Below are positions 1 to 8,400 of a DNA stretch of 10,876 bases, in pieces (position 1 is the stretch's first letter; every line of letters starts with the position of its first letter). The stretch comes from Planctomycetota bacterium (GTDB lineage: Bacteria; Planctomycetota; UBA1135). The notes beneath the pieces were generated by a model. It did no database searches and had not been told where the DNA came from. It worked only from the letters and a program-made list of their open reading frames with translations. The position numbers and the translations under genes are program-made. The stretch spans positions 1 through 10,876 of the forward strand of contig JASFYO010000046.1 in NCBI GenBank assembly GCA_045047305.1, in the 5' to 3' direction.

Positions 1-392
1 AACTTGTCGAAGAACTTTTCGGGGGTGCCGAAGAAATCCTGCGCCCAACCCCACAAACGTTTACCGCTGACCTCGGAGCGTTGACAGTCGAAGCCTTCAA
101 TCGGGCGTTTGGGATGTTCCACCTGCGGCTTATCGACTTTTGCTGCGACATCGAGCCAGTCACGAGCCATGGCAACCTCGCCGAATGGAATGCCGGTTTG
201 TGCCATGCCCCACGGGCCGGGATTCATGCCTAAAAGCAGGCTTGGAACACCTTTCTGGGCATAACGTTTCAAAAACTTTTCATGCGGGCGGCGCGCGTAG
301 GCCAGTGGGTTGTAGACGTGGGTCACCGGCTCCGGAAAGGAGAGTTTGTCTACAGCGGCGGAGAGTTTTCGGTCGACTTGGATCAGCCCCAT
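1..392 (-). CDS. smug1: SMUG1-family (UDG family 3) single-strand-selective uracil-DNA glycosylase, 3' end outside the window
   Basis: Manual minus-strand translation from ATG at 392: MGLIQVDRKLSAAVDKLSFPEPVTHVYNPLAYARRPHEKFLKRYAQKGVPSLLLGMNPGPWGMAQTGIPFGEVAMARDWLDVAAKVDKPQVEHPKRPIEGFDCQRSEVSGKRLWGWAQDFFGTPEKFFDK. It contains the SMUG1 signatures YNPL.YA, GMNPGPWGMAQTG.PFG, HPKRP..GF.C.RSEVSG.R.W. The frame stays open to the window edge, which is why it is absent from the ORF track. Confidence 0.95.
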   Translation of the reverse strand, partial: MGLIQVDRKLSAAVDKLSFPEPVTHVYNPLAYARRPHEKFLKRYAQKGVPSLLLGMNPGPWGMAQTGIPFGEVAMARDWLDVAAKVDKPQVEHPKRPIEGFDCQRSEVSGKRLWGWAQDFFGTPEKFFDK

Positions 393-417
393 GGGGCGGG
401 AGTGTACCCTTTCGCCT
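393..417. promoter_or_regulatory. Putative bidirectional promoter with overlapping -10 hexamers for two leaderless mRNAs
   Basis: AGTGTACCCT at 401-410 reads TACCCT on + (405-410, 7 nt before ATG 418) and TACACT on - (406-401, 8 nt before ATG 392). Neither gene has a clear Shine-Dalgarno. Confidence 0.6.
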
Positions 418-1071
418 ATGCAACGCGTGCTTGAACCCGAAGTCATGGACACAGTGGAAGATGCCGAGGCCTACGATGCCATGGATCACTCCGGCGCTAA
501 CGATGCCTTTGTCACTCGCCTGTTAGAGCTTGGCGCGCACGGACGCGTGCTCGACATTGGCTGTGGCCCAGGTCATATCCCGCTGCAGTTGGTGACGCAA
601 AAGCCGGAGCTGAAGGTGATTGGTGTCGATTTGTCTCACAATATGCTCAAGATCGCCGAAGAACACCGTGCGGTTTGTGCACATGGAGAACAGGTCGAAT
701 TTGTGATTGCCGACGCCAAGGGGCTAGATTTCCCCGATGACAGCTTCGATACCGTTTGTTCCAACAGCATCCTGCATCACATTCCAGACCCTGTGCCGTT
801 TTTGCGCGAAGCCTGGCGCGTGCTGAAACCGGGTGGTGTTTTCCTGATCCGCGATTTGTTCCGCCCAGACGACAGCAAAACGGTAGCTGACTTGGTCTCC
901 ACTCACGCCGCCGACGAAGCCGAATATGCACGTGAACTTTTCCGCGCGAGTTTATGCGCTGCATTTACCCCGGATGAGCTAGTCGAAGTCGCGCGCACAG
1001 CCGGCATCTCCGGTGCTGAAGTCGTAGAAGATTCGGACCGTCATATGTCTTTGCAGTCACTGCAAGCCTGA
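418..1071 (+). CDS. Class I SAM-dependent methyltransferase (Methyltransf_11/25-like), 217 aa
   Basis: Motif I VLDIGCGPG, motif II VIGVDLS, then DAKGLDFPDDSFD, ILHHIPDP and RVLKPGG. Start moved from 346 to ATG 418 (MQRVLEPEVMD) because the upstream extension overlaps the SMUG1 gene. Confidence 0.9.
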   Translation: MQRVLEPEVMDTVEDAEAYDAMDHSGANDAFVTRLLELGAHGRVLDIGCGPGHIPLQLVTQKPELKVIGVDLSHNMLKIAEEHRAVCAHGEQVEFVIADAKGLDFPDDSFDTVCSNSILHHIPDPVPFLREAWRVLKPGGVFLIRDLFRPDDSKTVADLVSTHAADEAEYARELFRASLCAAFTPDELVEVARTAGISGAEVVEDSDRHMSLQSLQA

Positions 1072-1108
1072 GCGAGTTCACGCGTCCAAACCACTCCATT
1101 CTGACCTC

Positions 1109-2200
1109 ATGATTGCGAAGTTAATTTGCGCTGGCCTGCTTGGTTTGGCCACTGTTTCTTGTGCGGTTTCACCACCGACGACAGTCACCCCATTGCCGCT
1201 AGAGATAGAGCAAGAAATCGACGCGGTATTTGCCAAGTGGGATCGAGCGGACAGCCCTGGCATGACGGTTGGGGTGGTTCAGGATGGAGAGTTTCTTTAT
1301 CTTCGCGGTTTTGGAAGCGCCGATTTGGCTAAGCGTACGCCAAACTCGGCACACACCGTTTTTCGTATTGCCTCAAGTTCCAAGCAGTTCACCGCTGCTT
1401 GTATTGCTATGCTCATAGAGGAGGGCAAGCTTTCGATGGAGACTCCACTGGGGGAAGTTCTCCCAGAGCTCGCATCCTGGTCGCAAGGGGTGGAGATACG
1501 GCATTTGGTTTTCCACACCTCTGGTATTCCAGATTATCTAGACCTCCACCAAGAGGATTTTTTTACCCCAGCGCAATCCTTTGCTCTGCTGTGTAAACAA
1601 GGCCGCCCACGGTTCACCCCAGGTTCCCAGTTCGAGTATTCGAACTCCAATTATTTCCTTTTGGCTGAAATCATAACGCGTGTATCCGGCATCCCGTTTC
1701 CTCAGTTTGCCAAGCAGGAAATCTTTGATCCATTAGGTATGAAGCAGAGCCATTTCCATTTTGACCCTAATCATGTGGTCGAAAATGTGGCACATGGATA
1801 TGGCAAAGAGCGTTTTCGCGGCTGGGTGAATTGGGACACCCCGCTGGCCCATGTCGGCGATGGTGGGTTGTTTACCACTGTGTTGGATTTGGCAAAGTGG
1901 CAAGAAAACTTTCGTAGTTTGAAGGTTGGCAATGCTTCTTGGCTGCGACGGATGTTGACTCCTTCCTTGGAGGACTATGCTTTTGGATTAAGCGTGGAGG
2001 AGGGCACCTCGCTTGGCACTATGATTTGGCATGGTGGCTCGTGGTCGGGATTCAATTCGGAGCTGTTGCGCTTTCCAGATTATCACTTGTCCGTGATTGT
2101 GCTTTCCAACTCCGACTATGCAGATGCTAGTTCGCTTGCGCTGGAGGTATCTGGCGCCCTTACCGAGTTCATGCTTGCGTCCGCGGTTGGCCAAGAATGA
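1109..2200 (+). CDS. Serine hydrolase of the beta-lactamase class C / PBP fold (probable exported D-aminopeptidase/peptidase-like enzyme), possible lipoprotein
   Basis: Catalytic SxxK (IASSSKQF, 1373-1384), YxN (FEYSNSNY, Tyr at 1637), HGG (WHGGSWSGF, 2030-2038), also HTSGIPDY and IFDPLGM. The hydrophobic N-terminus ends in LATVSC (lipobox-like). Confidence 0.9.
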   Translation: MIAKLICAGLLGLATVSCAVSPPTTVTPLPLEIEQEIDAVFAKWDRADSPGMTVGVVQDGEFLYLRGFGSADLAKRTPNSAHTVFRIASSSKQFTAACIAMLIEEGKLSMETPLGEVLPELASWSQGVEIRHLVFHTSGIPDYLDLHQEDFFTPAQSFALLCKQGRPRFTPGSQFEYSNSNYFLLAEIITRVSGIPFPQFAKQEIFDPLGMKQSHFHFDPNHVVENVAHGYGKERFRGWVNWDTPLAHVGDGGLFTTVLDLAKWQENFRSLKVGNASWLRRMLTPSLEDYAFGLSVEEGTSLGTMIWHGGSWSGFNSELLRFPDYHLSVIVLSNSDYADASSLALEVSGALTEFMLASAVGQE

Positions 2201-2235
2201 AGAAACCGCCGCCTCCCGATGCGGGAAGCGGCGGT
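2199..2235 (-). terminator. Rho-independent terminator for the minus-strand 994-aa gene, lying between convergent genes
   Basis: Arms ACCGCCGCCTCCCG (2205-2218) and CGGGAAGCGGCGGT (2222-2235) with a 3-nt loop. The single mismatch becomes a G-U wobble on the minus strand, where the stem runs into a U-rich tail (TTTCTT). The plus strand lacks a U-tract. Confidence 0.75.
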
Positions 2236-2255
2236 AAAAGTTCGGTTCGAATCGT

Positions 2256-5240
2256 TTACTGAATCACCGTGGTGACTAAGTTGGACTTCACCGAATCGAC
2301 ACCACTCACGCCGCGTATGGCTGCAGCTTGCAGATAAGCAGTGGCGCCACTTGGAGCTGCTCCCGGAACGGTAATCACCAAGCTCGAAGTTCCTGCACCG
2401 TTTGCAATCGCTCCGCCAACGTAAGTTGCAGGCGTGCCCATGTCGAGAATCAAACCACCCAGCTGTGGTGGTGCCCAAGTGCCAGCATTCAAGCTGACAA
2501 GGTATTGCACGGTTTCGCCTGCATTCGCGCCGTCGACAATCCACGAAGAACTGCTTCCAGGGGTGAGAACTGGTGTATTCAAGGTCAAGTCCTGAGCTAG
2601 GCTGAACTCGCCAACCCAAGTGCGCCAACCTGCCGTACGGTATTCATGGTGGCTCCAGAAAGTTAATGGATCGTTCGGATCTTGCTCCACACCGGAGTAA
2701 TCACCCCAACGCGTACCCGTTTCCGGCGAAGTACTAATCTGCAGTTGTTTTGGAAGACTGAAGGTGCCAAGCGGATCACCAGCCTTACGCGTTGCGAACT
2801 CCACCGAGATGTACTGGGTGGAGGATGAGCGATTGAAGGCAATTACAGCATCGCCGGAATCAGTGACGTTGATGTCACCGAACCAGTTGTGCTCTCCTGC
2901 ACCGAAATCCAAAGTGCCCGACTGCACCAAAATCGGGGTGCTGCCACTGGCGGGCCAACCGCGTAGATCAAACTCATACCACGCAACGCGAGCGGTGGTT
3001 GGCCCGGTGTTGTGAGTGAGCCAGAGATGATCATTGCGCACCACTCCGTTCTTGATCCGCCAGTCGATAGTGGCGGCGCGGTTGGAGGTGCCCAATTGAG
3101 TTGCTCCAGGTGGGAAGCTAAAGCTGGGCACTGTAATGTCGAGCTGGGTCAATACCGGAGTTCCGTTTGGATCGGTAATGGCCTTTAGTGTGATGCGGCT
3201 AGAACTCGAAGAGTAAGTCGAGGCAAAGTAACCTGGGGAGTTGGCATCGTAATTCTTGGTAGCACCAAGCGAAATCAATCCACCGGAGGTTTGCAATTGC
3301 TTCATGGTGACGGGTTGCCCATTCATGACTTTGGCTTTATCCCACATAAAGACGCGGTTGCCGCCACCGCCAAAGCAGTCACCGGCCATGAAAATGGCTT
3401 CGGAGTTGACCCCTAGATTGGGGAAATCGTAGAAGTTGCAAGTGCTGGAAATAGGAAAGCGGTACTTATGCCAGATGCCGTTGGGGTCATCATCGTCGGA
3501 CATAGCAATCACGATGGCATCATTGGTGCCGGCACCGTCGGCCGCAGCCACGATGAAACGATTGATCGAAGGATCGAACAAGGCGACTGGGTCAAACACA
3601 AATCCACCAGCGCCAACTGAGCCCCAAAATCCGGCGCTACCGGCAATGGTGTCGACGAAGGTGCGCACTCCAGCTTTGGTATGGAAAGAAATCTCTCCGT
3701 TAGCTACGGTCACAATATGGTTTGGTCCAACCGCGAGATCTGGATCGGGCGGGGTCCATCCGGTGTTTGTGATGGCTTCGAATCCACCCGATCCGCCGGT
3801 GGCGAGGGGTGGGTTGGAGTAAGCGGTACGTCGGAAATTCGGGTTGTAATCCGGATAGGCCACCCGGCCATGAACCATTTCTTCGGTGATGTCGCTGCCT
3901 GCAGCTTGTGGCTCGATGACAGCGGGTACATGCGGCTGAAAGCCTTCTGGTACCAACATGGTGAGGCCAACGGCGCGGTGGTCGGTCGGCAGATTCCCGT
4001 GCCAAGCTGCAACGAGTTGATCTTGCGCAGTCCACAGCAGGTGTTTGCCATTCAGGCCAACCTCAAGGGTTTGCTCGCCATCGTCGAACTGATTGAGGCG
4101 AAAACTTGTACCGAAGACGGACCCATCGGCTGCGAAGCGTTGCGCTTGAATCGAGGTCGGGCGGGTCGGACGGTGTGCTGGATGGGAGAACTCCTTTGGC
4201 CATAAAGCGTTGTAGGCAATGAGGAAACGTCCGTCTGGGGCGACTGCAACCTGAGCGCCAGAACGTACATGCGTACCTCCGGCATCGACCTCTACTTGGT
4301 CTCCTTGAGGCGCAAGCTGGGCGTCGAAACGCTGGAAAACGGCATGGTAGTCATCGCCGCTAAGGGTACTCATCCAGGCGACAACAAAGCTGCCGTCGGC
4401 AGCAGTGTCGACCGAAGGTTCCACGACCAGGGCGTCGTTGCCAGAAACTACTGTGAATTCCTCAACTTTGGCTTGGCCTTGATGGATATGAACCAAGCTA
4501 CCCGCAATTCCCTCTGGAGAGTGAGCACTATTCCTGCGCCCCCAAACTGCAACCACGCCCTGTGGGGAGGATGCGAGAGAAACTAGGTTCTCACTGTACT
4601 TAGTGGAGGAGGAGAGGCGGAATTCTTCACCACTTGGGGTGCCATCGGCCTGGAAGTAGCGTGCGAGAATGACCTCGCGGAGTGCTTCGTGTCCGGTCCA
4701 GGCGAACACCATGCCGCCGTCAGAGGTGGCGCTAAGGACACCATCAAACTGATCCCCCGCGGTGACGTTGTTGACTAAAAACTCGTCCCCTAAAGGGTTT
4801 ACGCCGCCGTCGACCATTTCGAAACGGCGTGCATATAAGCCAACGCCATCCCCATCTTGACCTACTGAGTGCCATAGAATCCAAGCGCTGCCATCTTGGG
4901 CATAAGCCACCGAAGGCTTGGCTTGCTCACTCGGCACGAACTGGTTGACATGAATTTCGGTGCTGAGAGGGCGCCCGCGTGGGTCCAACAATTGGGCAAA
5001 TATGCCGAATGTTCCCTGTTCTTGCCGCCGACTGCCCCAAACCACCATGAGGTTGCCATTTTGGTCTGCAGCCACAGAAGGGTCCTGTTGACGGTTGCTG
5101 GTAAAGGTATTGGCCTGGATTTCGAGCTGATCAAAGCCAGGAATCGGACTCTGAGGGCTTTGCGGAATCGTGGACGCTTCCGGTGTCTGGGCGATGAGGA
5201 TGGTGGCGCACAACGGCGCCGCGAGTAGGGTTAGGAACAT
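2256..5240 (-). CDS. Large secreted multidomain protein (~994 aa): signal peptide, ~7 repeats (predicted beta-propeller), PPD...RWGDY domain, C-terminal ~110-aa beta domain
   Basis: Long open frame. The likely start is ATG 5240 (MFLTLLAAPLCATILIAQ, signal-peptide-like), since the 5558 extension overlaps the divergent gene and its promoter. Repeats E(F/I)xVN...Q..PSVA...DG...VxW...G(I/L)xAxxF span ~3960-5123. The second domain has PPDPDLAVGPNHIV, FDP...DP..NRF, DFPNLG and RWGDYSG..QDP.D..TFW. Confidence 0.85.
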   Translation of the reverse strand: MFLTLLAAPLCATILIAQTPEASTIPQSPQSPIPGFDQLEIQANTFTSNRQQDPSVAADQNGNLMVVWGSRRQEQGTFGIFAQLLDPRGRPLSTEIHVNQFVPSEQAKPSVAYAQDGSAWILWHSVGQDGDGVGLYARRFEMVDGGVNPLGDEFLVNNVTAGDQFDGVLSATSDGGMVFAWTGHEALREVILARYFQADGTPSGEEFRLSSSTKYSENLVSLASSPQGVVAVWGRRNSAHSPEGIAGSLVHIHQGQAKVEEFTVVSGNDALVVEPSVDTAADGSFVVAWMSTLSGDDYHAVFQRFDAQLAPQGDQVEVDAGGTHVRSGAQVAVAPDGRFLIAYNALWPKEFSHPAHRPTRPTSIQAQRFAADGSVFGTSFRLNQFDDGEQTLEVGLNGKHLLWTAQDQLVAAWHGNLPTDHRAVGLTMLVPEGFQPHVPAVIEPQAAGSDITEEMVHGRVAYPDYNPNFRRTAYSNPPLATGGSGGFEAITNTGWTPPDPDLAVGPNHIVTVANGEISFHTKAGVRTFVDTIAGSAGFWGSVGAGGFVFDPVALFDPSINRFIVAAADGAGTNDAIVIAMSDDDDPNGIWHKYRFPISSTCNFYDFPNLGVNSEAIFMAGDCFGGGGNRVFMWDKAKVMNGQPVTMKQLQTSGGLISLGATKNYDANSPGYFASTYSSSSSRITLKAITDPNGTPVLTQLDITVPSFSFPPGATQLGTSNRAATIDWRIKNGVVRNDHLWLTHNTGPTTARVAWYEFDLRGWPASGSTPILVQSGTLDFGAGEHNWFGDINVTDSGDAVIAFNRSSSTQYISVEFATRKAGDPLGTFSLPKQLQISTSPETGTRWGDYSGVEQDPNDPLTFWSHHEYRTAGWRTWVGEFSLAQDLTLNTPVLTPGSSSSWIVDGANAGETVQYLVSLNAGTWAPPQLGGLILDMGTPATYVGGAIANGAGTSSLVITVPGAAPSGATAYLQAAAIRGVSGVDSVKSNLVTTVIQ

Positions 5241-5401
5241 GCTTGCGTAGGGCGGGGTCAGGGTTTGGCAAAAGGCCGTAGAACAGGGGCTTTTTGAGTG
5301 TACACGGGAATGCGTGGTTGGGTACACAGAGATTGCGTGCGATAACGAACATCCGGGGCGGGGCCGCTCCCAATTGAGGGGTGGGAGAGGTCCAATTAGG
5401 G

Positions 5402-5418
5402 TTGGCACGAGTCTTGCC
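5402..5418 (+). promoter_or_regulatory. Sigma54 (RpoN) -24/-12 promoter
   Basis: TTGGCACGAGTCTTGCC matches the consensus YTGGCACGrNNNTTGCW: TGGCAC 5403-5408, N5, TTGC 5414-5417. It is intergenic, correctly oriented, and 64 nt upstream of ATG 5482. Confidence 0.8.
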
Positions 5419-5481
5419 ATAAGAACAGCGGTACCAAAGCCAAAAAACCCTACAATCGGGTTGGCGTAAGCCACTAATCCC

Positions 5482-8400
5482 ATGCGGAAACCTCTCAGCA
5501 TTTTTCTTGCCAGCGCATTCCTAGCGCTGATCTCGAGTTGCGGCCCCGGCAGCAACATTCAACTGGACTCAAACGGGGATCCGTTTAACGCTGGTGGTTC
5601 CTTCTTTGCCCAGGGTTCCAACATCCTCGACGGGATGTCCTGGCAAATCAACCGTCCTATTCGTATTGAGTTCAACCATGCGGTCGATCCTGACTCGATT
5701 AACTTTGGCACCATTCAGCTGCGCTCCACCGATGCCGCAGGCTCGGGGAATCCTGTAACAGGCACCTTTGAGATTGAAGCTGGTTCGCTTGGCCGGGCCA
5801 TTGTTTTCCGCCCGACTTGCCCTACCAACGAGACCAACACCAACGGCGCATTTATTCCGGGTTCAGTTTCCTATGAATTGGTCTTGCCAACTCGCGCTGA
5901 CAGCCCCACGGTACTACGTGATATCGACGGCCGTTCTCTTTCTTCTGGTCTGCGTCGTTCTTTTACCACTCCGCCCGAAACCCAACCAGCGTTCTTGGAT
6001 TTGGTGCAAGGCCCTGCTGTGGTGAGTTCGGTAGTTTTCCCGAAAGGCCTGAACTTCTTTGCTAACCCAGACCCAGTGGTTTCGATTCGTTTTAATCAAG
6101 CGATTGATGGTCGCTCGGCCAACTTGAATACCAAAAACCTCACCCTGCTCTATTCGGATGGTGAAATCGGCTCTGGAAATGAAAACACTTTTACTTCAAC
6201 CAATAAGGTTCCAGGCAATGTGGTCCTGATTGAGAACTGTACGGTTGCAGGCGCTTTGGTGGAGTTTCGCATCACTGGTTTACTGCCGGTGAACCGCAAT
6301 TTACGCCTGTTGATGAGCAATCAGTTTGGCGACATCATTGGCCAGGTAAACACTTCGCAACTGGTCGTTGCCACCCACACTACGCCGACGTTGGCTTCGA
6401 TTTACAAGGACCCAACTTGGGTAGAAACGGATGAAACCGTAGACGAATTTCGCGACGACTTCGATACCAGTAAAAACTTGGCTTTGGCAGAACCGATTCC
6501 TTTTCCACTGGCACAAGTGGGCGACGGTTTTATTGCAGCGAGCTTCGATTACCCCGGTAACTTCGTTGCTGCGGACAACAACTTCTTCCTCGCAACCGGC
6601 GTCAGCAGTGAAATCTTCACCGATTCGCAGTCGACGATTACCGATTCTAATAATCGCCAACACACCGTGCAAAACGGCGTGATGAATGTGCATGATTTTA
6701 CTATCCAGGCTGGCGCGGTTTTGCGTGGTCGTGGCGCTAACCCGTTGGTGATTTACGCCACAGGTGCCGTGGATATCAGTGGAACTCTCAATGCCAGTGG
6801 CAATAACGCGACTTGGCCAACCTCGTTGAACTCTCCTCAATTCGTGGAAGGTGGAGCGGGCGGTGAGTGCGGTGGTGGCCGTGGTGGCGATGCCTCCCAA
6901 ATCGGCAATGCCGAAACCTTACGCGCAATGAACGGTGATGGCCCATTCTTCATCACGGGCGGCGGCGGTGGAGGCGGCGAAGGCGGCTTTAACGGCAACG
7001 CTAGCACTGGTGGTGTTCTTGGATTGAACAATACTGTGGTAGCTGGCGGTGGTGGCGGTGGATTTGCTGTCACTGAAAACGTGGCTGTGCTCTGGGATCA
7101 ATGGCCAATCACCACGGGTTGGGTGCCTTCTGGTACTGACAACGCTGGGCCGGACCACGACATCGACCCACTCAGTACGGAACACATTCACTCGCAGATG
7201 GTGGCCAGCATTGGCATCACTCCCGAGAACCCAAACGGCAATGGAATTTTTGGTTCGGAAGATGGTATTCGTGGTGTCAACAGCGCCACGGTTTCGGCCA
7301 CCGTTACTTCGGGCCCGCTGGGCATGGAAGATGCTCTGCCTGAGGTCGTCATTGATGGCTTTAATGCTGGCACCAACCACCCCTTGTACGATCCCGCATG
7401 GAACACTGGAACTGTGCCCCCGTTTCAGTTCGGAAACCCAACCGCTGGCCCAGACCCAGGTTTGGGTGGCCCGAGCGTTTTCAGTAATGACCTTACCGGC
7501 TTCAACACCCGGAACGACTTCTGGGGCACACGCTTGAGTCTCGATGGTTCGGTTGTGAGTGGTGAGCTGCTCACTCCGTGGGCGGGAGCCGGCGGTGGCG
7601 GCAGTGGAGACTCCATGTTGATTCGGGTCGTCGCTGGTGCAACCCTCCTAGGTTCTTACCCAGTGGTACCCTTCCAGAAGTCTGCAACCGGAAATGCCCA
7701 AGGCTGGGAGAGTTACCGTAAAGGAGCTGGTGGCGGTGGTGGTGGTGGCCAGGTGCTGATTATGGCGATTGGCATGATTCACATTGGTGCAGGCGCTAAA
7801 ATCCAAGTCAACGGTGGCATTGGATTCTCCGGTGAGTCCCTGATTTACTCGGATAACGGTATCTCCGGTTCCGGTGGCGGTGCAGGTGGGCATTTGGTGC
7901 TTCACTCTTCTACTGGCCTCGACCTCTCTGCAATCGATATTGGCACGGCATCCAATGCGGCTCAGCTAGGCAATCTCACTGCCGTTGACAACATTCAAGC
8001 TTTTGGTGGTCGTCGTGGTTGGGCTGGTCCTAGCTACTCACGCCACAGTGGGTCCCAGGGAACCAAGAAAGACGGCAACGATACCTTTGCTGTCGGTCGG
8101 GGTGGCGCGGGTGCAAACGGTGTGATTCAGATTCACGTTCCGAATCCTCTTACCGATATCCTTTGGCATCCCAATTCCCGCGATGGCATCTTGGATTTCA
8201 TCAACAGCTCCACGGGTGCTGGTGAAGAGCCTACCGATTTTGTGGAAGAGATGCTCAACTTCTACACTGCCCCTAAGGCTTACTCGTTGATTCCATTCTT
8301 CTCCTCCCGTTCGATGGTGGTCTCTGAATGGATTGATACCGGCCTTGCGGAGCTTCGCCTTGGGCAACCGGCAAGCTACCCTAAGTATGGGGATTCTCTC

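Noticed and set aside
339..368. Direct repeat GGAGAGTTT (339-347, 360-368)
   Set aside because: It is explained by two Lys-Leu-Ser codon runs in the SMUG1 reading frame.
346..417. N-terminal extension of the methyltransferase ORF (starts at 346 or 391)
   Set aside because: It overlaps the SMUG1 gene on the opposite strand. The family-like sequence begins at MQRVLEPEVMD (418), which also has a -10 at leaderless distance.
140..526. 128-aa plus ORF and 69-aa minus ORF (280-489)
   Set aside because: Both are alternative-frame shadows over the SMUG1 and methyltransferase genes and have no recognisable motifs.
1109..2200. Calling the serine hydrolase an AmpC antibiotic-resistance gene
   Set aside because: The third motif is HGG rather than the KTG of true class C beta-lactamases. 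The pattern fits the broad peptidase/esterase members of the fold.
5241..5558. 106-aa N-terminal extension of the 1100-aa minus ORF
   Set aside because: It overlaps the divergent lipoprotein start and the sigma54 promoter. The signal-peptide-like sequence starts at 5240.
6850..8120. GGT/GGC trinucleotide runs as microsatellites or a CRISPR-like array
   Set aside because: They are mixed synonymous Gly codons inside a CDS, with no fixed repeat-spacer periodicity.
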